Source: Octopus sinensis (lineage: Eukaryota). Taken from it: 64,000 bases of DNA. The notes beneath the pieces were generated by a model, which was not told where the DNA came from, ran no database searches, and saw only the letters and a list, made by a program, of their open reading frames with translations. A program made the position numbers and the translations under genes. How positions within the stretch are numbered: position 1 is the stretch's first letter; each line of letters starts with the position of its first letter. Shown here piece after piece: positions 25,850 through 39,584 of this stretch. The DNA lies in the NCBI RefSeq assembly GCF_006345805.1, contig NC_043000.1, positions 31,248,001 to 31,312,000 of the forward strand. The letters run 5' to 3'.

Positions 25850-26069
25850 GTATGTATATATGCGTGTGCATATGTTTGTGTCTGTGTTTGTCCCACCAAC
25901 ATCGCTTGACAACAGATGTTGTCCCCGTAATTAGCAGTTCGGCAAAAGAGACCGATAGAATAAGTACTAGGCTTACAAAGAATAAATCCTGGGGTCGATT
26001 TGCTTGACTAAAGGCGGTGCTCAGCATGGACGCAGTCAAATGCCTGAAACAAGTAAAAGAGTAAAAGAG
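25611..26069 (+). mobile_element. SINE family B, 5'-truncated
   Basis: CORE-like motif, ~155-bp internal TA/CA/TG tract, tail. Confidence 0.9.
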
Positions 26070-26159
26070 AATATATATATATATAAAGAAAGAAAATGAG
26101 GTAGGTAGTATGATACACAAATAAAATGACCCATATGTCTGTTTATCTATCTAACGCCA

Positions 26160-26335
26160 CCCTGGACACGTATCCTTGAGTCCAGCACACACATTCTTTC
26201 ACCATGGTCACCAGTTCGATGAAGACTGCCTTGCCTTCCCGGTTGAGGGAAAGTATCTTTGGTGGACTCAAGGATACTTGACCAAAGAGTGGTCTTTCAT
26301 TTCATTTCAATAACCTGATCACTCTCAACGTATAG
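26160..26335 (-). pseudogene. L1/Tx1-like ORF2 C-terminal fragment
   Basis: LNREGKAVFIELVTMVKECVCWT resembles FNKAGQTVFLCPVAMVKEMGWT at ~44.1 kb. Confidence 0.6.
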
Positions 26336-26583
26336 GAGACAAATGAAAGAAATCGATATTGGCTATTATCGTTCATTGCATTGTTGCTGTTCATATGTTA
26401 TTGATGTTGTTGTTGTTGTTGTTGTCGTCGTTGTTGTTATCGTTGTCATGGTGCTGTTTAGCTGCAATTCACTCCTTGTCAACCAGATTTGTAATGAAAG
26501 ACATTCTGACCATGATCATCACGTTTTGTATTTCTTTTGCTTTTTGCTGTTTGAGTTTACTTCAGACAATATCCTCCAATATT

Positions 26584-26803
26584 AAAGGCGGTGAGCTGGC
26601 AGAACCGTTAACACGCCGGGCGAAATGCGTAGCCTTATTTCGTCTGTCGATTCGTTCCGAGTTCAAATTCCGCCGAGGTCGATTTTGCCTTTCATCCTTT
26701 CGGGGTCGATAAATAAAGTACCAGTTACGCACTGGGGTCGATGTAATCGACTTAATCCGTTTGTCTGTCCTTGTTTGTCTCCTCTGTGGGCAGTAAAGAA
26801 ATA
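26584..26803 (+). mobile_element. SINE family A with a 14-bp TSD
   Basis: ATATCCTCCAATAT at 26569 and 26805. Confidence 0.93.
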
Positions 26804-26869
26804 TATATCCTCCAATATAGTCTGAAATAAACTATAAGTGTGTGTCTGCGTCTGAGAGTGAGTGTTTGT

Positions 26870-27402
26870 GTGTGTGTGTGTGTTTCTACTTTTTGTTTGT
26901 TTTCCTAAACTTTTATCATTTTCTGCTTCCTGTTGTTGTACTTGACTGTTAGTGATTGCACAACATCCGCGAGGGAGCACCTACGTGGGCACTCGACAAT
27001 ATTCCATTCTTTTTTACTAAGTAAAAAAAAGAAATGGCTGCTATTTCTAGCAGAACGTGCAATCTCGTAGAGACATCCTCATATCATTCTATTAATGGCT
27101 GTCATTGTTATCCTTATTTTTTAAACCTTGATCATGCAAACCTATCTTCAAAAGCAGTCCAGGCATGACCATTCTGTCTCGGAGCACATCAGCTATTCAA
27201 TGTGGTTGTTCTTTCCCCAAGAGAATAGTGGGTATAATTTGAGAGTGATGTGACTGCTATTTATGGTGGGTCGAGTCTCCACGTAGGTGCTCCTCGCAGA
27301 TGTTGTGCAATCACTAACAGTCAAGTGCTATAACAGGAAGCAGAAAATGATAAAAGTTTAGGAAAACAAACAAACGAACAAAAAGTAAAAACACACACAC
27401 AC
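26870..27402. repeat. Fold-back inverted repeat, ~130-bp arms, ~270-bp spacer
   Basis: 26870-26997 matches the reverse complement of 27270-27402. Confidence 0.9.
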
Positions 27403-28064
27403 TCGCACGCGCGCGCGTGCGGGCACACACACACATACACACACTCACACACACAAACACTCTCACTATCAGACACAGACACACACCCAGGTACATTCAC
27501 ACTCATACGTACTCACACAGGCATTCAAATACACATACATGGCTACACACACATACACACACACACACACACACACATACACACTCACACACTCATACCG
27601 GTAGATAAACACCGACACACACTGTTACACATTGTATGCACACATGCACACACTTACACACACACACACATACACAATCACATACATTCACATTCACACG
27701 CAGTTATACTCTCCCTCTCGCACTCACGCACACTTATACCCCACACAAACTCACACATTCACATACAGACATCCATACACTCACATATACACACGCTAAA
27801 AAGAGGAAGAAGAAGAAAGGAAAAAAAGAAGCTTATTTGTGTGAAAGTTTGGAATGATATTGAAGTGAACAACGACGACGACGATGACAGCCACAACAAC
27901 AACTACAACAATACCACAAGTTTGAATGAATGACGGGAAAAGAATGCAAGGAAAACGTCTTTAGACAAGAAATTCAAAAATCACTAACGAACAGATCGAT
28001 AATTCATAATAACTGACGATGACGATGGTGATGATGACGATAATGATGCTGATGGATAATATTC

Positions 28065-28067
28065 ATG

Positions 28068-28101
<34 letters not shown>

Positions 28102-28165
28102 TAATAATAATAATATAATAATAATATAATAATATAATAATAATATAATAATAATAATAATAATA

Positions 28166-28235
<70 letters not shown>
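28065..28235. repeat. (AAT)n-(GAT)n compound microsatellite
   Basis: Directly visible. Confidence 0.96.
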
Positions 28236-28236
<1 letters not shown>

Positions 28237-28684
28237 AGAAATAATAAGAACAGAGATAATAAGAATAATATGAGACACCACCAATTATGGAAGAATATAA
28301 ATAATGATTTTATATTAACTGCAATTCGAATAAAGATGACAACAGCAATAATAATGATAATAATAATAATGATAATAATAATAATGATCATTTCTTTATT
28401 AGGCACAGGGGCATTGGGGAACGTTATAAGGACAGTCAACAGTTTGCGCGCGTGTGTGTGGGAGGTTACATAAAAGATAAGGAGAAAGAAAATATTAATA
28501 ATAGTAATAATTATAATAACAACAACATCAATATTAATGCATACAACAATAGAAAGAGAGAAAATAGAGAAATGTTTTTTAAAATCTGGGAATACTTTTA
28601 AAAATTAGACTATTGATTTTATTGATTCGATAGAAGAGAATATAAAGGACAGAAATACATTTAGCCATGAGTACACAGGAATGG

Positions 28685-28839
<155 letters not shown>

Positions 28840-29084
28840 CATACACACTCATACGTTCGCATATACATGCAGCTGTATCCATCGATGCTCACAGATGCAC
28901 TCAAATATCCATATTTATATAGTGCTGGATTGTCTGCATTCAGAGGAGCTTCTTTGGAATCAATGTAATTTCTTTTCAGCAGAATTATAATCCAAGAAAA
29001 GTGGAATTTTAAGCTACCAAAAGATCATTATGCGACAGTGCATCGGAAAATAATCAGTAAGATTTTTTTTTAAATCGACCATTT

Positions 29085-29219
29085 TAGCCGCCATTTTACC
29101 TATTGATTTCTTTATTTTTAAATGAAGCAAAGGGATGATTTCAATCCTTTTTCTAAGTCTTCCAATTACCCCTTTGCTTCGTTTAAAAATAAAGGAATCA
29201 ATAGGTAAAATGGCGGCTA
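29085..29219. repeat. Hairpin or mini-MITE with 50-bp arms
   Basis: Arms 29085-29134 and 29170-29219; two mismatches seen. Confidence 0.9.
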
Positions 29220-29467
29220 GCGTCTTCATCCTTTTTATTTTAGTTCAATGTCACGCTTTGCGATAATACTGAAGCATGGTCACAGTTTGAATCGAAGTAT
29301 AAACAATGGTGATGTTCTTATAAAATGAATCTTATCAAAATACAGAGATGCTAACACGTTTAGTTTAGTCTTAGCTCTAAAGAAGTTCATTATTATTTTT
29401 AATGTTGAGAGTATTAAAGTACTACGCAAAAACTGTTTTCATATATACGTATGTACACACACCACAG

Positions 29468-29533
<66 letters not shown>

Positions 29534-29772
29534 ACACACACACAATAGCTTAAGAATTCACAAGTCACAAACTCTGAACTTTTTTCGTAAGGTTTTTATC
29601 TCTGTTTTCACAGTACCCACAAACCGGCCATGACACTTCTTGTTTTCAAGTAGCAGAAAGCGGTCGCCACACCGTTCATATTAGCTCTTATGAAGAGAAC
29701 CGTCTTAGGTTCTCTTCTAAGTCGTGTTCGAAACTGAGTGGTAAAATCACTTGAAATGAATCTATAATACTG

Positions 29773-29856
<84 letters not shown>

Positions 29857-29893
29857 GTTTGTCTGTCTGTCTGTTTGTCTGTCTCTCTGTCTG

Positions 29894-29976
<83 letters not shown>

Positions 29977-29991
29977 CTATCTATCTATCTA

Positions 29992-30071
<80 letters not shown>

Positions 30072-30109
30072 ATATGTACGTATGTACGTAAATATATGTA
30101 TGTATATAC

Positions 30110-30263
30110 TCTACCAACATACCAAGACCAACGTGGAGGCAACTTGGGTCAACTTGACATCCGCATCTTATCCAAGCACCCAAAAGACCCAACATTCAGA
30201 CAAATACGGGAGTACGTCCTTATAAATGAAACCTCCCCAATACTAAATAGGAAATATACATAG
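30110..30263 (+). pseudogene. Penelope-like GIY-YIG endonuclease C-terminal fragment
   Basis: [40 protein letters not shown] resembles the PLE endonuclease tail (IL..H..D...RQI.E...I....P.LN.K, recalled). Confidence 0.55.
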
Positions 30264-30725
30264 TAGATATCATACCTCCACACCCAGAGTTTACACAGGT
30301 ATGTGTTCGGCATATTCATGTGTTTGCGTGTCCGTGTTTGTGTGTTTTTTATGTATGTGTGTGTGCATGTGTTTGTATATGTCTGCACCTCTGTCTCCTT
30401 GTGTGTGCATGTCTGAGTGTGTGTGTGTGCGTGTGTGTTTTGCAATTATGTACCGTGATTGTATGTATGGATGTGCATCTCCATATGTGTGGACACGCGT
30501 CTCCATATGTGTACTTGTGTGAAGTAAAGTGTGTGTATATATGGTCAGGTGTGTCAGTCTCCATTTGCGTACGTGTGCTTGTCTGTTCTTATAATCTATG
30601 TACCTATCCATCTGTATGTTGATCTGTTTATTTTCATATCCATATGCTTACATACATGTGCATATACACATATATGCATACACCCCACCCACCCCCCCAC
30701 ACACATACATATATCTACATAACAG

Positions 30726-31478
30726 CCCACACTCCACCAGCTCTGATAAACTATTTCTCCAAGTTGCTCCCCAGACCATCACAGAATAGCTGCCATATTT
30801 CATTGTTGGCCGCAATCTCTTCACATCAAATTCTTGATCACAGAGTCTCCAGACCCACACTCGAACATTGTCAGGAAATACAGCGAATCTGGACTCATCA
30901 GGGAATATAACAGTGTCCCAAAATGCTGGTGGTCTCTCCGTAATCTCACTGGCCCAACCTTTACTCCGCTTGATGTTGGCTGGTTGAAGAAATGGCTTTC
31001 TTCTTGCTGCTCTGCCATAGTAACCAAGTTTGTGGAGATACCTCACAGCAGTTCTGGGACTGACACCAACTTGTCCTGCTATATCAGAAGCCTTGCAACA
31101 AGGATTATCAACCACACTTCTCTTAACAAAGGGAAGGGTCCTGCTAGAAGGCCCTGGTTGATCTGGACGAGATGATGTGGACTCTTTCCCTCTCTGGTGA
31201 ATTGCACAATCACTCTATTAACTGTAGAAAGCGAGATCCCAAGGTTTTCTGCGATTTTACGCTATGTCCACCTTCAAAATGATCCACGATACGGCCTCAT
31301 TGAAATTCAAACAGTTCCAAGGTTCCTTTTGTACATGGCAAGTACAAAAGATCGACCATAGTCACATATAGAACCAGAAACATAAAAATGTCAATTAATA
31401 AAAAATATAAACCTTTACAAGTTAGAATAAGCATAAAACGATGTTTTATGGGTTGTCTGTTTACTTGTCATGTCTGTG
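30726..31478 (-). mobile_element. Tc1-like element, left end and N-terminal transposase relic
   Basis: YLHKLGYYGRAARRKPFL..FWDTVIFPDESRF..VWR..SVMVWG; putative terminus CACAGACATG at 31478. Confidence 0.88.
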
Positions 31479-31723
<245 letters not shown>

Positions 31724-31878
31724 AATAAATAAATAAAAGAGGCAGGCAACAGGTTGCTTAGCGACATACCGAAAAATTGTTTATTTCTATTTTCTACAAA
31801 TGAGACTCCACATACGACATATCCCTGTAATTCACATATGCAAAACAGAAGGAAGAAATAACGAAAGCAAAGTCTAAT

Positions 31879-31942
31879 GGTTATTTATGAACGCGTTTCT
31901 AGATTAGGAATATAAACTCCATGTCTTTCATCAGCGTAAACC
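31879..31942 (-). ncRNA. Type-I hammerhead-like motif, decayed
   Basis: GTTTACG-CTGATGA-[A AGA..GGAG..TTCC..TCT A]-GAAAC-GC-GTT^CATAAAT; palindromic stem III AACGCGTT; one mismatch in stem I and an A-A pair closing stem II. Confidence 0.55.
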
Positions 31943-32113
31943 TCCACTAAAACAGATTTCTCAAATGCTACGTACCTCTACTTCCCGATCAGGCGACATC
32001 GGAATAGTGGATTATATATATATATATACATACATACATACATACATACATACATACATACATACATACATACATACATACATAAATTTGATACTGATTA
32101 GAAGATCGAAAAT

Positions 32114-32156
32114 CCACCTGAAGATTGTCGGAGCAGACATGAAACATTTGTAGTGG
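32114..32156 (+). ncRNA. Type-I hammerhead-like motif
   Basis: CCAC-CTGAAGA-T TGTC GGAGCA GACA T-GAAAC-ATTT-GTA^GTGG; 4-bp stem I, 4-bp stem II with a U-U closing mismatch. Confidence 0.65.
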
Positions 32157-32673
32157 CGGTTTATTTAATTTATATTAAAATTTTATGTATTGATTAAGTC
32201 TTTCCTTGTTTGGTTTTAAAATAGTGGTTTTGTCTCGAATTATATTATATATATATATATATATAGTCACCATGAGGATATTTGGAATTCTTATAGGGAT
32301 ATTTTTATCCAAGATACACTGGTTTGATGTATTGTATTTTGAAGAGATATTTCTTCAATAAATATATTATATAGAATATTTTAGAATATCAAATATTATT
32401 ATTAAGTTTGAAAACGGAGAGTTCTAATGGATACAAATTAATTAATTAACATATTCACCTACAATTGTTTCATTTCACAACCAAAATTAAAGCGACAACA
32501 CATATATAAATACATAATCTTGCATTTTACAATACGTTGGGAGGAAAATCATCATCCGGGTGCACACAAAAGGGCAATACAAGGATTACATTATGATCCG
32601 TTGGAACACTAAGAATATATAAACACATATTTTTATGAACTCAATGATATTACTGCTGCTGCTGCTGCTGCTG

Positions 32674-32709
<36 letters not shown>

Positions 32710-32726
32710 ATAATAATAATAATAAT

Positions 32727-33265
32727 ATGCAGTACCAGGCAGTGGCTCTCATGGCTTCTGATTTTAAATGATTGGAAGTGTTATCATGTACATTGTTTTG
32801 TCTTGGTATAAAAGATGGATAACAAATATTCTGCTCAATACTTGCTTGTCAGTTGTTTGACAGTAACCAGTTGAGCATGTCCCTTAGTGGCTGACGATAT
32901 GTGCATCTCTGATCATGAGCAGAAGTAGTGAGGGAGCATCATAGCCATGTGTTGAGAGGGATTCTTTGGGGTTTGAATAATTCACCTCTGAAAACATGGG
33001 TGTTTCGTTCAACATCCTTAAAAAACCCTTCTTCAGGGACCTTTTGAGCGGGATGGGCTACTCGACCAGAAGAAAATTCTAACAAGGCTCCACCGGCAAG
33101 GTCACGTGCTGTTTATCTTGCTATGAGATCACCATGTCGCGCACATATGGTTGTGATGCATGTGCCTGGTGTATCCTTATCAGACGGGTAGTCATGATGG
33201 GTATACTGGGCTTTGTATATTTTACCCCAGTGTCACTTTGATGGCATTCACTGCTCTCTCACTCA
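32727..33265 (+). mobile_element. ~555-bp TAA-associated element, about 8 nt short at the 5' end
   Basis: (TAC)n(TAA)n upstream, (ATA)n downstream. Confidence 0.9.
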
Positions 33266-33301
33266 ATAATAATAATATGTGTGTTTGTGTGTAAACACAT
33301 A

Positions 33302-35005
33302 CGAGGGTGTGCTGAAAAGATTATAGGCTGACTATGAAGGAGTGATGCTAGAGGTGTAAAATCATGCCTTATTAATAACAACAGTGTTTCTTTCCAGGTA
33401 AACGGACATCTGAAAAGTTAGGACTTCTCTTGAAAATCGACAAATTTCGCATCATGGTGTCATCAAGTAGCTGTAGAAAGACAGTTTAGACCCCAAGGGC
33501 ATTCATACTGACATGGATGCTGCATAAGGAGATGATGCTCCAGCTTTATCAGCAATGCATAAGTGGGCAACTGAATCTAGGAGGGGAAAGAGAGAGAGAG
33601 AGTCTTGAAGATGACCCAAGTTCTGGACGTCCTGAAACTGCTACCGAGGACAACCTTGATCGTGTTCTCCACTTGGTATTGGATGACAGGCGACTGACTA
33701 TAAATCAAATGCCTAATGCTATTAGCATATCCTGTGAGAGAGTTGAGAATATTATGCACAATGAACTTGGCATGGTGAAGGTTTCTGCTCGGTGGGTGCT
33801 ACGTCTTCTCACACCTGATCAAAAGGTTAATTACCTCACGGGAAAATCTGATATTGTTTCAGGCAGATCCAGCTGGTTTCCTTGAATATTTCTTAACCCA
33901 AGATGAATGTTGGCTTCACCACTTTGAGCCAGAGACAAAGACACAATCCATGCAGTGGAAAGAACCTTTCCCGCCTGCTCCAAAATTGGTTAAAATCGTT
34001 TTATCTGCAGGTGGGGTGATGGCCTACCTGCGAGCTGGCAGAAAGGCGGCGAGCTGGTAGTAAGGCGCCGAGATTTCAGAATCGTTAGTGCGCCGGGCGA
34101 AATGCTCAGCGGTATTTCGTCTGCAGCTACGTTCTGAGTTCAAATTCCGCCGAGGTCGACTTTGCCTTTCATCCTTTCGGGGTCGATAAATTAAGTACCA
34201 GTTACGCACTGGGGTCGATGTAATCGACTTAATACCTATGTCTGTCCTTGTTTGTCCCCTCTATGTTTAGCCCCTTGTGGGTAATAAAGAAATAGGTATT
34301 TCGTCTGCCGCTACGTTCTGAGTTCAAATTCCGCCGAGGTCGACCTTGCCTTTCATCCTTTCGGGGTCAATTAAATAAGTACCAGTTGCGCACTGGGCTC
34401 GATATAATCAACTTAATCCGTTTGTCTGTCCTTGTTTGTCCTCTCTGTGTTTAGCCCCTTGTGGGTAGTAAAGAAATAGGTAGGGTGATGGCCACAGTTT
34501 TTGGGATGCAAAAGGCATTGTGTTTTACTGACGATCCTGAAAAGGGTCACATTATCAATGGTGAGTACTATGCCAACTTGCTGAAAGTGTTCCGAAAAGT
34601 TATTAAGACCAAACGCACAAGAAAACTGACGAAACGGTCTTGTTTCATCAGGACAATGCTCCATTAGAAGGGTCCTTGGTTTCAATGACTGCTGTGCATA
34701 CCTGTGACTTTCAGCTGGTCGACCACTCTCCATATTCTCCTGATTTGGCCCCATCTGACTATCATCTGAGCCCCATCACGGAAAAACACTTGGCAGGGAA
34801 CCAGTATCGCAGTTCAATCTGCCTTTGATTACTTTTTTGACTGAGGGAATGAAAGATTCGTCCCCAATGGGATCCAAATACTGCAGCGCTGATGGAAGAG
34901 GTTTGTGGACTTCAAGGGGTCCATATTGGAAAAGTAAATCTCATTTGGTCGTCACATTCCATGAAAGTATTGTGGTCAGCCTATGAACTTTTCAGCCAAC
35001 CCTCG
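33302..35005 (+). mobile_element. Degraded full-length mariner (DD34D) with a SINE dimer insertion
   Basis: TIRs CGAGGGTGTGCTGAAAAGATTATAGGCTGAC and rc CGAGGGTTGGCTGAAAAGTTCATAGGCTGAC; WVLRLL, TQDECW, HQDNAP-...-YSPDLAPSD with 34 residues between the last two Asp. Confidence 0.93.
34025..34477 (+). mobile_element. SINE family A dimer with a 16-bp TSD
   Basis: AGGT(G/A)GGGTGATGGCC at 34009 and 34478; internal junction AAAGAAATA|GGTATTTCGTC. Confidence 0.92.
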
Positions 35006-35079
35006 TGTGTGCGTGTGTGTGTGTGTGTGTGGGGGGGGGTGTGCGTGCGCATGTGTATGTGTATATGTATGTATGCATT

Positions 35080-35306
35080 GGCGAGTTGGCAGAAACGTTA
35101 GCACGCCGGGCGAAATGCTTAGCAGTATTTCGTCTGCCGTTACGTTCTGAGTTCAAATTCCGCCGAGGTCGACTTTGCCTTTCATCCTTTCGGGGTCGAT
35201 AAATAAAGTACCAGTTTCGTACTGGGGTCGATGTAATCGACTTAATCCGTTTGTCTGTCCTTGTTTGTCCTCTCTATGTGTAGCCCCATGTGGGTAGTAA
35301 AGAAAT
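35080..35306 (+). mobile_element. SINE family A monomer
   Basis: Head, core and tail present. Confidence 0.92.
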
Positions 35307-35492
35307 GTATATATGTATATATATATACATATAAGAGAACAAAATGTATATGTATATATATATGTATATATATATGTATATATATATGTATATATATATG
35401 TATATATATATGTATATATATATATATATATATATAAATACATATACATATTGTTATCTTATATGTATATATATATGTATACACACACACAT

Positions 35493-35537
<45 letters not shown>

Positions 35538-37920
35538 TTCTTTCGTTGATTGTTTTAATTTTTCAGAACAACTTATGAAATGTATAGAAAGAAAAAATAG
35601 AGAAAAGACAGCGAAACAGAAAGTTTGGAATTGGTGGGAGAAGATTTCGAAAGTAACACCGTTAATTTCCATATTAGTTAATGACTAACAATACAAACGT
35701 CATTTACTGACCTGTATTTAACGAACGAGAATATTTTAAGTTGAATGCTAAGGGATGTAAGTGATATCGAAGTATTTATTTATTTATTTTTGTGGGTGTG
35801 CATATAAATTCGAATGCTAAAAGTTTGAATCGATTTGTGTTTAGAAACTGTTTTTACTGTCAACGCCGTCAATGAATTTATGGATTTTGCTAGATATCTG
35901 CACTTCATTTGCTTCAAAATTATGCATTTTCATAATTTTTATTTCTTTATTTCCTTAACCATTTTACATGTTTAGTATTCATTATATACAATAATGCTCT
36001 TATTAGCGATGCTTTCCGTATTAGATCTTATGTAGGTTATTGTATTCATTCACAATCGTCACACTTATAATCTACACAGGTTTACACATCTTTCAACTTT
36101 TATCTTATTCAAAGATTACATTCATGACTTAAGCTACCCATTTTTTATTATAGATTTTCAATATAATGTAAGCCTTTATTTAATTATGTAAACTTATTCG
36201 ACTTCACCACACAGAATTATAATATAGAAAGCTAATCTCACTTCATGATATTATAAAGTTGCCCTATAGTCTCTATTATTTCTAATATTTCTTCTAGTCT
36301 ATCTTTATTCGAATTAATCTACAGAAGACTAAACTAATTTATCAATATTGCTGTAGCTGTTAGAATATCTCCAATTTCCTGTAACTTCGTATAACTTTAT
36401 AATGCTTGCAACGTCACAACTTTCCTTACCCTTAAGTAAATCTGTAACCTATAAATTCACTTATACCTTTGACAGTAACATGCTTTCTAGATATTTATTG
36501 GTTCAAGCTTTAAGCTTTCAAAATTAGATTCACATTTGGGCAAATTTAGAAGTCTTTTGTTTTGGGCAGTATTCACACATCTGTGTATTACAGACGATCC
36601 AACTGTAGGCAACACACACATCTATCTATTATAGATGACTTAGCTTTGGTATAGGCGCTCCAGAGTTGGGCACCACATATACATCTGCCTGGTGTAAATA
36701 ACTGTGTCTCGGCCAATACACACGTAGGTTGATTCAATTGTTGAGACGAGGTAGAATATCTTCAGAAAATATCAGCTGTGGTAGAACGGCTTCTTATAGA
36801 TGTGTTAAGATTTCTTCTTCGTTTTGCTAACGCAAAGGAGGTCGTTTCTAAGCAACGGTATTTAGCAGAATCATTCTGAACAGGAGGGGGAGGGTTAGTG
36901 TCTTTAAGGCTGGAGAGGAAAGGGATGAATAAACCACCCCCACGACCATGGCCATCTAGAATAACAACTACAACATTGCCACCACAATGATCACCAAAAC
37001 CGCTACCACTACTGAAACCACCATGACCATCACCCCCATCACCGCTACAAGCTTCCTCATCATCATCATCATAACCACCGTCGTCACCACCATAGCAACT
37101 CTGCTACTCAGAACTATCACTCAGAACAACCATTATCATCATAACCACCGTCATTATCATCACCACACCGCCGCCGCCGCCGCCGCCACCACCACCACCA
37201 CAACATCAGCATTAATGACGATGACAATCTACTCGCCCCCCCCCACCGACTGGATTCCAAAATCAAGTTAAGAAAAAAAAAAAAGACGTCAACTAAATAC
37301 TAAAAGAAAAAAAAAGTGTTATTGATTCTGATCGATATCCAATGGTTTTGTTCGTCTATCGAGTTTCTCTTGTGAAACATTATCAAACAATGATGTAACC
37401 TGTTGGCACTACAACACCAGAACTGTTAATAATCTTTTAATTTCAATGAAATCTAATTAAAAACAACAACAACCCCCAAACACACAAAACTAATAATTAA
37501 GACTTGCAAAGCTTCTTTGTGTTCTTTGCCAATCTTGCAAAAGCTATCAATAATGAAGGCCTCTCCACAACGCATTGATTACGTTATCCGTTAAAAGGTA
37601 ATCAATGCTTTGGTGTATTTAAACAGCTTTGTTCACGGTGAATATTTTTACACGTGTCTTTCCCCAGACACACGGACACACAGACACACACACACACACT
37701 CATAATCTAATGTTTTGTATCATAGTATGTGGCTGGCTTTTTCTTGGCGTACGTATGTTCGGAAGTCCCGAAGCCATTGCAGATATACATACATATATGT
37801 TTGATATACATACATATATATATGGGTGCGTGTGTGTGTGTCGGTGTGTGTCGATGTGTGTCGGTGTGTATGCATGTATGTATACGTGTGTGTATATATA
37901 TATATATATATATTTATTTA

Positions 37921-37969
<49 letters not shown>

Positions 37970-38324
37970 GGAGAGAGAGTAAGGAAGAGGAAGAGAGAGA
38001 TACATATATACATATGTGTATGCATATACGTGTATATATATACATACACATATACACACTTATATACATACATAGGTGTATATATGTATGCACACACACA
38101 TAAATATGATATTTGTGTGTGCGTGTGCGTGTGCGTGTGTGTAGGTATACCAAATAAAATGAGTTTTTACACCATCACACTGACACAGAAAAAAAAAACT
38201 GAAAAAAAAACGGAAAAGGAAAATATTTTTTATTTTAGATAGATGAGAAATTGTTTTCAGGTCATAACAGAAATAAATTTGTCACTTTGAACTTCTGCCA
38301 TTATTATTATTATCATCATCATCG

Positions 38325-38361
<37 letters not shown>

Positions 38362-38720
38362 TATTATTATTATTATTATTATTGTTATTGGTTCTCTATG
38401 TTAAACTGATTTATTAAGTCATCAACGTTAGGTTTCCTTCCAAATTTCTTTCCCACCACTCTGCACCACTCAGATTAAGAAAAAAAAAAAAAAAAAAAAA
38501 CCCACCGCACCCCATACCATCCCCAAACTCTTAACCAGACGCAAACTTTTATGCTGAAGCAATTTTCAGACTAAATTTTCAAACAGTTTCAGCGCTGTTA
38601 TCTGCCACGTAACGCAGATGAAATGGTAAACGTCTTGCCTCATAATTCTGTGACACAGGTTCGATACACACATAAGGTACTTCACATTTTAATTTTTGGT
38701 AGGTTTAGTCACTTGCTCCT

Positions 38721-38897
38721 CGTCTGCCGTTACGTTCTGAGTTCAAATTCCGCCGAGGTCGACTTTGCCTTTCATCCTTTCGAGGTCGATAAATTAAGTA
38801 CCAGTTGCGCGCTGGGGTCGATGTAATCGACTTAATCTGTTTGTCTGTCCTTGTTTATCCCCTCTGTGTTTAGCCCCTTGTGGGTAGTAAAGAAATA
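38721..38897 (+). mobile_element. SINE family A, 5'-truncated
   Basis: B box, core and tail present. Confidence 0.88.
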
Positions 38898-39154
38898 AAA
38901 TATAATTGGGAAATATATCAACTCACATTTCTCCGACCCCTTTCCTTTTGGTTTGGTCAGGAGGAAGTTGAACCCGTGCCTATTGGCAGGCTCTCTCAAA
39001 TTGGTGAGATTGATGATGTTCACATTTCGTTTGAAATGTTAAAAGTCGATGAGAGCAAGGAAACTATCTGTAGGCAGGGTACTCATGCAGGTTGATATTC
39101 TCAGAAGTAAAAAAATAGGGTAGATTTTTTCAAGGTGTACTCACGAGCAAGAGG

Positions 39155-39239
<85 letters not shown>

Positions 39240-39464
39240 GAGATAGAGAAAGAGAGAAAGCGAGAGAGAGGAGGGGATTTTAAGGTGATGGATAATACTA
39301 TTGTTAAAGACTGTGTCTGTCACATTTGAAGATATTGTTAGTGAGTGGAATAGAAGGGTAGTTAGCAGGGGTAATTACTGGAATGAGGCACAGTGCGGTA
39401 CGTTTCCCAAGACTGGTTTATATATTATATTCCCGACACACACACACGCACTCAGAGCATGCAG

Positions 39465-39584
<120 letters not shown>

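Noticed and set aside
34529-34555. CTGACGA-TCCT-GAAA-AGG-GTC as a hammerhead
   Set aside because: Lies within mariner coding sequence and has no stem I pairing.
36400-36720. Old CR1/L2-like fragment (minus strand, QLWSAYTK)
   Set aside because: Too degenerate to support by eye.
38921-39070. Minus-strand exon ending at a GTGAGT donor
   Set aside because: All frames from the best acceptor contain stops.
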